Shown here piece after piece: positions 1-13,543 of a stretch of DNA of 64,000 nt. Position 1 is the first letter of the stretch, and every line of letters starts with the position of its first letter. This DNA is from Balanoglossus misakiensis (Eukaryota; Animalia; Hemichordata): assembly GCA_040954595.2 (NCBI GenBank), contig CM082598.2:682001-746000 (forward strand), in the 5' to 3' direction. Both the position numbers and the translations under genes were made by a program. Below the pieces are notes generated by a model that searched no databases, was not told the DNA's origin, and saw only the letters and a program-made list of their open reading frames with translations.

Positions 1-1216
1 CGCGGTGTTGGCCGCTGCTGGATTCCATGCATGCAGGAATCATAGGCGATCACAAACACCGTCGACTGAGAGCCTAGCCATCTGACATCTGACGGGTGAT
101 AATGAATACAGCATCGAATTACTGGAAGAAAATTGGCTGGCTGCGCGAACCTGGGCCTCGAGCAAACGGCGGGTCGTTGTTTACTGACATATGACGGCCG
201 GCGTACAGCCAAGTGTCACGAGCGGTCCACTCAACACCGGGCAAGTTGTCAACTGCGGAGAAATTTAATGATGGAAAAAAATACTCTGACTCAGATACGT
301 TGTAACTGTATCGGCGACTTGTAAACAACAGTGACCGCTTGGCTGACCTCTCCCCTTAAAGCCCCGCATATGTTGAATGAATCCAAAGATTTTCTGTGAA
401 GGGGCTGCATTCTTAGCTAGCGTAAAAATAAAGTCAGCTAATTTTAAAAACAGGTCCCCTGGAGTCGCCAAACAGAAACGCCGAAGCTGTAACAATACCA
501 CTTCCATTGTACCTCCCTGACTTGTCTTAATTAAGTCAATTTAAAGCCAGTTGTTCAAATTGTACTTGCACCTCTACCTTAATTAAAGTAAGATGTTTTA
601 TTGTTTGTCTTGTCTAGCCCAACAATTAGTGCAATGCAGTGCATTAACCCTCTGCAAATCACTGTCTTTAATCACAGAATTGCTTTGATGTCTGTCCAAC
701 AGATTTGTGATTTTTGGTCAAAATTCCTCAGTACTGGTGTTCCTCGTAAATTGTGAGTCCCGTTCATGGATAACAGCACCCTTCAAATCTGTAGGTGCAA
801 AATTCCGACGAGGCTATAAGTTTTACTTTTCTCTCTGTGTCTCCTTGCTCAATCCATTTCCAAGAGCACTGTAGGGTTTTGTCATATCTAGACAATACTC
901 ATCATGTAATTTGAGAGAGGACTTTGACAAGCCTCGTGGCAGGCACGATAACATTTCTATGTTATTAATACTCGGCCTTGTAAGTAAAGTATAAATTTCC
1001 ATCTATGGCCAGAGATTTAAATAACACAGAGGATGACAACGATGGGTCCTCGATGAGTCACCATCGTAATCGGTGACACGTCATGGCTAGAACAATACTG
1101 TACACGTGTTCGTTTATTTCTTGCTGTGATGCATGTAATCAGAGATGTTTGTAGCCATATCAAGAGTTACCAATGTCTGAACACTATTGACGCTTCAGTC
1201 TTTCATCTTGCGTCAC

Positions 1217-1273
1217 TACCATCCTCCTCCTCCTCCTCATCATCATCATCATCATCATCACCATCATCCTCCT
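1217..1273. repeat. (TCC)n/(TCA)n compound microsatellite
   Basis: Seen directly. Confidence 0.9.
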
Positions 1274-1794
1274 CGTGCTATTTTGAATTAATTTGGAAAT
1301 AGTGACGTGAATAGCTCTTAACAAAACTGTCCATGCTAACTCCAGTATTTATTTGCATATAGTGGTACAGTTAATACTACAGTGAAAGCCTGTCCATTAC
1401 GCCATTTCAGTGTCATTACAATTGTGTGTATTCATCTCTGGTGAACGTTTCCAGTGTAACTTCAGTGTACCGTTTTAAGGTCATTGATTGTAGTCTGGCA
1501 AGAGGATTTAGAGTTTAGACCGGGTTTCATGAGTCCATTTTGTGCAGAACAATCACAGATTTGTCTGACACAGTTATTTAACAGCTGATTCAGACACAAT
1601 GTACTATTCAAATTGAAAGCCATTCATTTTTTGCTTGATTCCTATTGGGACCTGATAAGTAGAATAGAATCTGATCCTTCGCTCATTATCAATTCCTAAC
1701 GAATCTGATGAAAGGCAGTCAGACTTTAATTCTTCATCCATCCACAAACAGAACTCACACAACTCACGAGCAACATAAGACATTAAATCAATTT

Positions 1795-3567
1795 CACACA
1801 AGAATTTGCTTTTTATTTACAAGCTTAAAGAGATTATTAAATATAAAAGCACAAAATTGTGTCTTGTCAAAGATTACAAAGATTTCACTTGGAAATACTT
1901 CAAGAAAATCTTCAGAAATTTGACCAAATTGCAAGGGAAATAAATAGAAAACTGTATAAAAATATCACACTTTGTCCCTCCATACTGACCCTTCCCACCC
2001 CTTAAGTCAGGAATTGTATGGTATGATCTCATTGTGCGAAAATTCATCCTTAAATATTAATTCAAATTATTTCATTTTTTTAACATCAGAGTAATGAGTT
2101 GCAAAAATGGCACTTTATAAGCATGTACTTTGTCTTGGTGACATTCTTCACGTAATTTTCCTTTTTTTAAAATTCATCATTACTGTACGACACTTTTCAA
2201 CCATTGCCAAATGGTTTGATCAACAAGAAGGCCATTCAAATCACAGATTTTACATCTAGCCATGTTTTTGAGACAGAGAAAAATTACTTTAGCTGAGAAG
2301 TAATAAATATGCACTGGTCATGTGCTTTTGATTGTTTTGAGAAATTGCTTATAGATAATAGTTCATGTTTCTATTCTGGTAGAACAATGGACCATACCAA
2401 TTTAAAGTGGGGTAGGTCAGGATGGTTGCTATTTCCAATAGGAGTGCGATGATTAGAAAATAAATTTCCCAATTACAAAATATTACCTCATTCTGATTCA
2501 AAAATACATGGAATGTTGAATGGTTTTCTGTACAACATCGACCAATGGTGATACATTTCTGCTTCAATAATTTCACCTTGTAAAAGAGATTTCAACATAA
2601 TTGAAAATAACAATGAACATAGTGATTGCCAGCAATTCTTAAATTGCAAAAATTGTCCAAAAAATTCTTTAAAAGTTCTGAAAAATTAACAACAGAAAAA
2701 AACATTGAAATTTTGTATTTACAAAATGTGGTAAAGCTTAAGTTAGCAGTTTTGATAACTGTATAAAGAAACTCTCCTTGTGGGGAAAATAATGCCTTAG
2801 TACTGGCCGTGATTTCATTCTTTAAAAACTTTTGTGCTTAATGCAGAAAACTGATACTGGCTATAGAAGAAGCATTCTCTTTTGTTTTATGTCTAGATAT
2901 TCAAAAAGACTTTAATGTATTTCAATTGAATAAAGCTAGACATCGTCTGGCAGTGACAAGTAATCACCCTCTGGTGCTGCAGCCATTGGAAGATTCCATT
3001 TAGGGAGGGGCAGGTCTGAAACATGATAATTTACATATCTCAATCACACCTCACCCCTATCATAAATGGAATGTTCCATTTGAATCTTTGGTGTAAATAC
3101 ACACAAAAATATCTCTTGAGTGTATGCCACAAAAACAATAGAATTGCATTCTAGAATAGAATTCTGAAACGGGTAATATACATTTTGTTATAAAAATTAT
3201 GGTTTCAGTGAAATTATATGCACAATGTAGTTTTGTCTTTCTCATGCATCTCCTGATAGGTTCAGTTGTTTGGACTCAGCCAATCAGTAGTCCTGATAGA
3301 TTAAGTTCTTTGAGCTCAGCCAATCAGTGGACAGAAGACTTCTTGATGTCTGGTGATGTACGTTTCAAAGTTCTCCTTGTGGATTGCAGACCCCTTGATT
3401 GTTGGCAGCGTGCCAGGGTTACTTGATGCCTTGGCAGAATGCCAGGTCACGCTTCTTCAGCGTCCTGCATGCTGCTCCTTCAATTTTGATATAATTTGCT
3501 CGGTATGGGGTGGCCCTTCTGGCAGAGGTGTCCACAGCACACCATGCTGAGCACTCTAACTTGACAT
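1795..3567 (-). other. Probable non-coding terminal exon (AU-rich 3' UTR) of the CDK inhibitor
   Basis: Strong donor ATG|GTAAGT at 8124, 33 nt after the stop. Strong acceptor TTTTTTGTTCTCTCAACAG ending at 3568. All three frames close early. AATAAA on - strand at 1812-1817. The 3' end is approximate. Confidence 0.6.
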
Positions 3568-6500
3568 CTGTTGAGAGAACAAAAAAGGCCACAAACATTT
3601 AATACACAAGCTGTGTTTTCGCCATATAAGGTCTCACAGTTGACAGTTAGATGATGAAGATCTAGCCCGGGTGTGGACGCTCAGATATGCCACTATTCAA
3701 AGACGAATATGCATCTAGTTATAAATGCTCTCCAACAGAAAAGTTCCTGTTGAGCGCACCAGTGTTTGCTTTCAAGAACACCCAGCCGAAACATCAGTTA
3801 CTTGTTATATATGATGTAGCAATTTCAAAACCAATGGAAACATTTAGATCAATGACAGTTGGTGAAAGTTTGGTGTCTCAAGTGCAAATGGTGCAAAGGT
3901 GTGAAATTGTTTTCAATCAAGATCACAAATTCCTAATAATAATGCAACAGTGTAACAGAGACGACATTAAATAGTGCCTGGAATTCTTTTGTTAGGCATG
4001 TCATTACAGTTGGCAAGTGTGACAAACACAATGATACTATGTAACAAAGAAATAGCTACAGTTTAATACTAATGTAGCAAACTATGTTTAGTTATTAACA
4101 GCTAAGCTAAAATCCAAACAAAATACTTATTTTCACATTCTTTTCTGACCACTGGTGGATGGAATTCTGCAAATTTTTGTTATAAATTACCAGCATGTAT
4201 TTAACAGGAATTTATCAATTATTAAAACTGATTATTTGAAGTATCAAATTACAATCCCTGGCACCAGACAAGACATATATAAGAACTCCAATCTAGAATT
4301 TCCTTCAAGTGTCTAAAAATAATCAAAACGTGATTTGAAAAACTCTGGTTGTGACTCATCCCTTACAGAGAATAATATCATGGAGGTCATCAACTATTAC
4401 CTTTATAACAAGATGTCCTTTTGCTGTCCAATCTGACAGAATTTGTGTCCTGCAGTTTCACTAAAGATTACAATGTTTATTGATGTGAACCTCTTTAAGT
4501 CTTAATTTGTTTGTTTTCTTAAAGTTGTATCTCACCCTTTCCAATTAATGAATGTTAATAAAGATAAAAGATGATTCTGTGAGGGGCTTTTATCCTAATG
4601 ATGTGATTGGACAAATAGTCTGTATTCTGTAGTTCTAGTAGTAAGCCGTCGAAATCCTCAAACCTTTGCAATGTTCACAATTAACGAAGGACGCATAGTT
4701 TTGGATTTCTGAAGTCGTTAATTTTCTTAATTCCTCTCCAGGGAGAGAACTCTTTATAGAATCGGATGCAACGTCCTTCGTCAAAATCGCCAACTGAAAC
4801 CCCACTTTTGAATACTGCATTTTTCATTATCTGTAGTCTTTTCTGTCTGTTCATCATGACACAAAGAGTGGGGAGGGGGAGGAGGGTGATATGACTGGCA
4901 GTCTGTCATTGATGGATTTGATCCCCTGCAGTGTGGGGGCAAAGTAGAGTTGAAGGAGACCAAGTCAATTGCCTAGCAGGTGCCTTGTTGCCAAGATGTA
5001 TTGGCCTTCACTCAACAAGAACTGCCCACAAGGCAGACCTTCGGCTAATCAGAGCACATTCAGACTTCCCAATTTGGGATGGCACAAAAAAATACAGAAC
5101 TGTGAAAGCAGAACCAAAGCCTCAGGCAAATAACTGTTGCAACATTCAAAGGATGACGACCACAAGGATACCTGGTTGTACTTCCTAAATACCTGTTTTG
5201 TAACCATAGTAACCAAGCATGCAACAAACAGTTGATACATCTGATGAGATCGCGAAAAACCTTTACTCAAGTAAGACCCCTTTTTGATAAGAATTTACAC
5301 TTTTTTCTGATCAGTATGTCAACAAACACACTTCCCCTTACCAGGACAACAATATTTTCAGTGGAATATTGATCGCAAAGTCCTTGATGGAGAAGAAACA
5401 ATTGAGAAATTCTGATCACGTACGCTTCCTTCCAAAAGACGACCCATTGATCTGTTACCTCAGTGTCCTTGTAAAATGACCAAACTAGGGAAGCTTAAAC
5501 AATCCTTCGAGGACATTTATACAAATCAATATGTCTGTTGTTAGAACAGAAGAAAATCAAAATTTTGTGTCTGCTTAGAATTGTGTAACGTCTGACGCAG
5601 AGGACGTCTTCAAAGACAAATCGACTGACGTAGTCACATCCCGCAGGGGAGGAGTCTAAAACCCCCAGACGAATCACAATCAATACAGATTCTGTCGCAA
5701 ATCTGGAACTTCCATTGGGGTTTTTCAATGGATTTATTTTTTATGCCGATCCTAGTTGGCCTTGAGAAGTTTTCCAGTCTGAGGAAACCTATTATACCCC
5801 CTAGGAGGATTAAATTTATGCAAATTGCCAAAACAGGTGACGCCTGTTTCAAAATCATTTTTGGGGCAGACAGTTCTCTTTTCCCAGTCAGACTTGTTTG
5901 CAGTTCAAACAATACATTTCAATGAGCTTATTGTTTATATGTTTTCCATCCAGGCACCCCAAGGATATATGTGAATACATTGAATCTACACATTTGTAGT
6001 TTTATTTTGACTTTTTTTTCATGTTTGTTAAGTCACTTTTGGTTTAGTAAGCATATACCCACGAAAGAGGGCATTTTCGTACAAAAAATGCAGTTAAAAC
6101 GTACAAAAGAAACGGTTCAAACCTTGAAGTAAATAAGTACTTTAAAGTTTGATTTGAATTAACCTCACCAACAGGTGAAAGATTTTTTCTCTGAGTTTCA
6201 GACATCACATTCTTTTTGGTTAAGTCAGTGTAAAATTTCAATCTCTTTCGCGACATATTTGAGCATGTCAAAGGTGAACGGGCCATTTAAATGAACACTA
6301 TCCCCATAGGGACTTGTCCTTGCTTTCAAAGCTGATCAAACAAATCCCAAAGACAGATAAGTCACCAAGCCAGTAATTGCGTCACATCGCCACTTCAATG
6401 TCCTTGGAAGGGATTTGTTTTTCTATTCATTTCTTCATTTGTAGACGAACACAAAAATCAAACACCCAGCATGTCGCTGTCAATCATGACTAATTACATA

Positions 6501-8157
6501 TCAGACATGTGTCCACTTATAAAAGACAAAATTATCTTCACTTAGTTATTTACACAAGCCTTAAGTGGCTAGTGTACAACTGGACATTTTTTTTCATACA
6601 TCACACTGCAACTGAGGAATAATTAATAATCACTATTGAGTACACAGTATGTTTCCATGACAACAGACTTAAACAAAAGTGACTGTCAAACACTTGAATA
6701 TTGCATTACTGAATTAATAATTCATATTTCTAGGTTTCTAAACACTTCTGGAAATTAATTATTAATATGTCTCTTGTTCAATCTTGCTACAAGTGTTAAG
6801 TGTAGCAGTTTTGTCTAGGCACTTCTGCGTTTGATATCTTCTTTTGTTCAAATTACTTTTTCCGTGTTTGTTACAGTCTTGCAATTTTAGTAACAATCAT
6901 AACACAGTAACTATTAATGGACCAAATAGGAGAACATAATAATATGTATCTGAACAGAGTTTTCTGTGATATTCTCTTCACGAGAAATGAACTTATTTAC
7001 AGAAAAGAATTCCTAACCACTTAACTGGTATATCAACGACAATGAACCTATGCATTTTAAGTTGTACACATATTCCTGGATTGAAAATCTTCTGCAACAG
7101 TTTGAACACAAAGACAGATTACAGAAACAATTCATCCACCAACAGTTCACAAAAACCTGATATTGATTATTTTCTGGATTTCAAATACCTCAATACATTG
7201 GTTAAAACTGTGATTAGTTCAACTAAATAGGACTTGAGGCATCAAACAAAAAGGCTTATCCCACAAAGCTTGTATGTGACACAAATATATATCTTCTTAG
7301 TTTCACTCCTGGATTTGGGGGTTGAAATTTTAGCCCTGTAGAACCCAGGTGCCCCCCTCCCCCCACAGGCCCCTGGATAAAATGGTCACATGTATGACTT
7401 GCAACTTTAGATGACTGTGTTTGAGTTTGTGGTACATTTTATGATAATCGCTGTTGGTTTGTTTAAGTGTCTTTGTCTCCTATGTGATTTTTTCAGACTT
7501 TTGTTCTGCCTTCGTACAGTGAATAACAGTTTCAGCTTTCTCTATTCTGATTTGTCATGCAACTGGTTGGAACAGAAATTCAGCACTTGTCAAGCACTTT
7601 AAAAGTCCAGACTCCACCTGTCTGTGTGTTTCCGCCTGGTTTGTTGGACGAGGGAGTCCCAGAAAGAGCGACAGGTGCAGAGAGCTAGGCTGCTAAAGGG
7701 GGGACCCTGTAAGTCTAGATTGCCATGACAAAGGTATGCAAATTAGCAATGATGAGGTCGCAGTTAGCCGGTAACCAAGCAACGCAACTCAAGGCACAGC
7801 TGTTGCAAGCTGCATTTCAACGGAAAATCAGTTCAAAAGGCTGATTTTCCCACGCTCCCCTATATTTAAACAATTGCAACCTTCTACTGGCGGGCGCTTG
7901 ACAACGGGGATGTGTTTTCAAAGTCAGCTGGGTAGCGCAATTAAAATTTAGGAAAATGGCTCGATTTAGTAGTAATTGGAAAATGTGTCTAAAAATAATA
8001 TATGAGCGTCCGCAAAAATTACACATAGATCAGTTTTCAGAGCTGCTTTTAGAAATAGTATTGGATTGAAGATAACCAAACCATATAAAGACATGAAAGA
8101 AAAGTATAAATAACTCACACTTACCATAAATGCCCCTGGATTTCGGAATGTCTTTAG

Positions 8158-9582
8158 TTATACCAAAGTTTCACTTGATTGTATATCTGCACTGGCCCCT
8201 GACACTTTCGAAAGTTTCGTTGATGATGCGTCCATGTTCAAGCGTCGTTGCCGTTTACGCTGTTTCAACATCTCTGAAATAAAAAGATCGGAGATGAAAT
8301 TTAAGTGTTTGAAAAACCATCCACAAAGTTTAAAATTCAGTTATCTGTTAAACAAAATCTTAAAAACTCTTTATAACAACCGTAATGTATCTTTCACATA
8401 GTGCGCTGATGTACATTTCACTTTTAATTTTGGCGTCCCTAGAATTAAATTAGTTTCGCGTCTTACACGTCACCAGAAAAAGAAAATATAAAGGCGAACG
8501 GAACCAATGCGGAGCCTATTGTAGTTTCACTTCCGAATGCATACATTACGACATGTTGAAACTGGTTTCGTAAACGGAAACTTTTTTTGAAATGCGCTTC
8601 GGTGAATCGACAATCGGAAATGAAATCTACTGGTCTATTGTCCAGGGGCGCGCATCATAAGGGAAGTCCCCAGTGCATGATCTGACTTGCAAAGGCGAAC
8701 AAAGACCCCGGGTAAAGACAATACCGTTGCTGTTGTGTCAGTGCCGAGAATAGACATCGGGTCCTGTTTACAAATGTGACTCCGAGGACCCTACCCCCGA
8801 AGTGGGTCTTGCAGTCGAAGGTCGATAGATACGACCGCAGTAGAAATAGAATGCGTACACACAGGCGATGTTATTTATCACCCCGAAATGGATCCATTGT
8901 AACCTAATGCGATAAGGCCACAGTCGGTTTACTACACGAGCGTACTATACGTCGCGAGGGGTTTAAATTTTTACTATAGCTTGGCAGAATTTCAAGTTAG
9001 GTTACCTCGGATGTCTGGCTGTCTCTTGGCTGGTCTTGTTGTTGCACGATTATTGTTACTGCACTGGGGTGTTGATGGTGTCTTTGGAGTACTGACCGGC
9101 GAGTTTAGTTTTGGTTGCACTGGTGTGGACGGGGTTGTAGAAATCGGCGAAAACTCGTCCGCCCGCTTGGGGCGTGTAGATTGTCCTCTGCATTCGACAC
9201 AGTTCAACGGGTTTACGTTCCTCGTACTACAATCACTACGTCGACTTGTAGCTGTACTGCATTGAGGGTCCGTGTATCGGGTACTTCTGTTTGCAATCGT
9301 CGACACAACGACTTTCGCCTCGTAAAACTTGGGCACATAACCATCCGCTGGCTCCCACTTGTATTCCCCATCCAGCGGAGAGTCCGTTTTGAAATCAAAA
9401 TTCCATTTACTGATCTTTTCCTCATCAATTTTATCCAACTCGGCTCGCAGGATCGAGTTTACTCTTTCGTGGTCCACCGGTCCGAAAAGATTCCGCCGTA
9501 CGCTAGATTTCTCGCCGGCAAGTCGACGTCTCCGTAATGAAAAACCTTCCATGTTATTAGCGTCGATTGCAACGGCTGTCAT
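8158..9582 (-). CDS. CDKN1: Cip/Kip cyclin-dependent kinase inhibitor (p27/p21-like), 230 aa. Coding exons 9582-9006 and 8273-8158.
   Basis: CDI domain motifs: RRNLFGPVDH (Cy motif), KWNFDF, Y.WE, VPKFY. Phase-1 donor G|GTAAC at 9005 and acceptor TTTCAG at 8274. Exon 2 reads EMLKQRKRQRR...ETLV-stop, with a basic NLS-like stretch. Confidence 0.93.
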
Positions 9583-9699
9583 CGGTCGATTCGTCGTCGT
9601 AGACTATGCCGTGTATCTCACCGTGTGTAGATCGGTTTTGATAGTGACACGAAATCGACCGGTACAGCGTATTTTTGAGTGTTTATCTGTGCGTAACAA

Positions 9700-9930
9700 A
9701 GTCCCGCCAAAATGACGTTTACGTCCATGTGATGATTGGCGTATGTCTAGCACGTGATCCAATCCTCAACGCTGAATGGGTCATTTATGTAAATTTATTC
9801 CAGTAGGCGGAACTTTAAGATAAATAGATACTGGCACAAATACATGATCATTTGTATGCAAAATTAAATCACTTGATTGACACGTTGTTTACAACACCGT
9901 AACTGTCAAGCCCCTTGCTTGTGATTGGCC
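9700..9930 (-). promoter_or_regulatory. Proximal promoter of the CDK inhibitor
   Basis: E2F-like TTTTGGCGGGAC 9701-9712; CCAAT boxes near 9734, 9759, 9924; CACGTG 9751; TTATGTAA 9785; forkhead TTGTTTAC 9885-9892; CpG-rich. Confidence 0.6.
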
Positions 9931-12900
9931 AGTTTACTGACTGGTTATCTGTCTGTCAGATCTCACGCAAGTCAATTATCCCTGGCATACTGTATGTTTC
10001 TCTTCGATCTTGTATGTTTCTGGCAGATTGCCAATTTCATTGTTTTCTATGGTTCCGGCCGGTTAACACCAATTCACACCAATTTTGATGGTGGAATATT
10101 CCCCGATTTGGAAGCAATATTCTGCGGGTCAGTCCTTCTTGAAGACAGTCGTATTGTTGGGATCAAGTCCAACCATGACAAATGGCATCTTTTAGCGTAA
10201 AAAGTTTCAATGTATATACGTACAAGTACACGCCCCTATAATACTACAATTCCTGCGTTTGTCTGAACCAGTTAGTTGCCCTTTACGAATAATAACTCAT
10301 CAGGTTCTTGCGAAAGTCGTGCTTTCATACTTTTCCCCAATAACACTTTTCAGCAGATGACGTGGCAAACATATAATATATAACCAACCATGATGAAACT
10401 AGTGACCAGCCGTAACATTTTAGCTGTCATGTCAGTGTTGTAACATTTCCACAAACGTAAACACAATATGCAATAGTGCAAAGATTCAGTATATCTGCCC
10501 TCAGTTAAGTTTAGTTTTGATATAAACATGTACAACTTTTACGTCGTGTTTCATATTTCCTATTTTAAAGTACGTTTGACAAGATTCTTTGCGTTTGGGG
10601 ACCACTGCCATATTCACGTTACAAATCAGCAGTCACCAATGCAATGATATCCCATCGCCTAAAATCAAGGGTCCTAAAAACGTTCGCGTGTATAGGATGT
10701 GTCGAGAGATCACCTTCCCGGCGTGTGCACAATTCAACGCCAGGGATTTTTTTAAACGTAACGGCAGTCAGAGTTATGCACTGTGAAAATCGTGCGACAG
10801 GCAACGTTTTTTCAGCGCACGTGCGTTGCACGTAATGGTGTATCTTAATACAATTTAAGTAAGATAGTTCAGGATAAGACATCTTAAAATCTTGATATCT
10901 TTGCGTCAAACGAGAGCTGTACGATAGCTATTACGTAAAACCACTTAATGGCCCTTAACTGCCTTTAGAGGGCGATATACAATTCGAGTTAGATATCACA
11001 GATCAGCTGATATTAATACGACATATATGTCCTTTTTTGATGATGTGGGTCATTCCATTTATTGGTCTGGACTACAAGTAGGCCAAGGGCAAACAAACAA
11101 GTCGAAAGTGGCACAAAAATAGAATTTCCAGGTCAAGTTCGGGGTCACCCAAGAAGGTTACACACTCAACGATGAGTACATTACCAAACTCAGTCGCAGG
11201 GCTGTGTGCCTTAGAAGAGAAGTCAACTAAAAGCAAAAAGTCCGCCATAAGTCTGCAGATGCAAACAGACAGTCAGTCAGTCAGTCAGTAAGAAATGCCT
11301 TTCCCTATTGTTACTTGTGTGTGTAAAACAGATAGGTACAGTACCTACTAGTCTAAGAGTCTGCTGTGACTAGTGATGAAAAAAGTCGATCTGCAACAAA
11401 CTTCTTCATTTCTGTTAAATTAATAGTTTTATGGACAGCTAGGTCAAGTATCTAAGTTCAGTTTTATTGCATATAGTGACAGCGAAGTAAACACTTGCCC
11501 CAATACATGTAGTAGAAACTAGTATTTACAGACATTTTAATGGTCTATCGAAGTGTATATCAAATGACGTCACGCTACAAAGAGACCACTGTTGTCTGGA
11601 GTCCAACGATGTTCTCGCCTTCGAAACAGACAAGTAGCACTCGAAAAAGGTTAGCCGCCATTTTAAGTACGTATTTGGCAAAAAAGTTCCCAGGGTTTGG
11701 AAATATCTCTGATCTGGCCATGGTCACACTCCGAGAACTGTGGAAAATGTCGAGGTAGACGACGCCGTAATGACGTCATGTTCAGGGAAATAATTGGGCA
11801 AGGGTAATTTTAATACGACTTGAGTTCTGGAAAAGTACACACCTCACAGTTAGCGTTGAATTGTTCGCGGCCTTGAACTTTCTACAAAAAACAAGCCAAT
11901 GGAATCCCGTAAACCACGTGACCATGCTTGGAAAGAGGGAAGGTGTGCCCACCGGACGGCTCCAAGAAGATTACCATAGCAACAATGCACAATAGAGGTC
12001 ACAATACCAGAGTGTAAACACATCACGCGATTTTTAAATCTGGGTCATGGATTCTGTAGACGAAAAACTTGTAGAGTTCTTCACGGAAAAGAAGTTTCAT
12101 AAGTGTTCTTCTGAATGTCTATTGGTCGGGCCGTTGGTTCCCATTAGACGCTATTTGTATGTACTGACTCTAGGCCACCCGTACCTTAATGATCTCTTCA
12201 ATACGAACACCGTTTGCTCAAGAAGACGAGATCACCCCTCTCTTAAGAACCACCACATATACTGATCACGTCCAATACCAATCGATATCGATAGGCAAAG
12301 GACGATGTCGTCAACCGCAGTTCTCCACAAACCTTTCCGCAAGGTAGCAAAGATGACCATACCTGTAAACTGGAGAATCGATGATGCGGTGATAATTCTC
12401 CAAATTGTTCGGATTATTGATCGACTCATTAATATATCTCCGGCAGGGCTCAGGGATATCCATATTACACATGGGTCATACGATATACATTGTTGGACCT
12501 GGTGGTACTCTCTGATTAAACAGTGGTCAGTTCCACTGCTTCGGTTACTCACGGATTTCTCTGCAATGCTATTGTACAAGACTAGTTATTACAAACATTC
12601 CACATGTGTATTGCACTGTATGTTTTAAGTGGACCTGTTATTATCAAAGCAACAAGAATCACCCCCACTATTGTAATTCACACGTGCGACCTGTCCCCAG
12701 CAAAGAAAAAAAAACACCCAGTGAATTAATTCACAGTCACAAATAAACACATTAATTTTACAAGGGCCGCGATTATCACGATCTTGTCATGGCAACGATA
12801 CAATTTCTTCCGGTCACTGGCGAGCTGTTTTTCTGTCCTGAGTGACCGTTATCGTGTTACACGTGCAACTGAACCCTGGTAACGGAAGCGTCTCTGATCA

Positions 12901-13508
12901 GCACAACCGCGGAAGGGATCTTATATCGTGCGTGTGTGAAGGAGTATTACGTACCACCTGAGACCTAGGGTCTATGGTACTACAAAGATTATTCTGCATG
13001 ACACGGACCTGTGTTGTTATCGACTGCACTGTGCCTCCAACCAGAGGTTATTAACAACGGAGCTATGGTCGGTGTAAGATATCGTTCTCTATCTCGATCA
13101 ACTGTGATTTCACGCTGTGTTCGTTGAACAGAGCTGGTATTACAAATCAGTTGGCACTGTGGGTTTCATTGAAAACAAGTACTTTCACCCCAGGGGGACT
13201 ATTTCAGTTTTTGTCTCGATCTATCTTGTTTGTTTATAACACTTAATGATTATCACTGTTAATCGGACCACTCCGACCTTGCAAGGTGGCCAAAATTAGC
13301 CAACACAGGGTCACTCTGCAAGTGACCGTGGCCAGAATCTGTAAATCTAAATATTCCAAACATCAAGTGATTGACGAACAACGCGAAGGGATTTGGCAAG
13401 CGATGGTCATCCCAGTGACCTAACGATGAATCAACAAACCAACAAACCATAAATATGCGTTGACACAGAACATGTAGAGAGCTGGCATGACCAGCCTTGT
13501 CAACTGGA

Positions 13509-13543
13509 CCAACCAGCCAACCAACCAACCAACCAACCAACCA
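13509..13543. repeat. (CCAA)n microsatellite
   Basis: Seen directly, within a wider degenerate CCAA-rich tract. Confidence 0.9.

Noticed and set aside
8125-8160. Stop-codon readthrough in the CDK inhibitor (TAA CTA A)
   Set aside because: The stop is TAA rather than the leaky TGA-CTAG context, and the extension would be only about 14 codons.
8981-9715. Several + strand ORFs over CDKN1 exon 1
   Set aside because: Antisense shadows of a GC-rich coding exon with no recognisable motifs.
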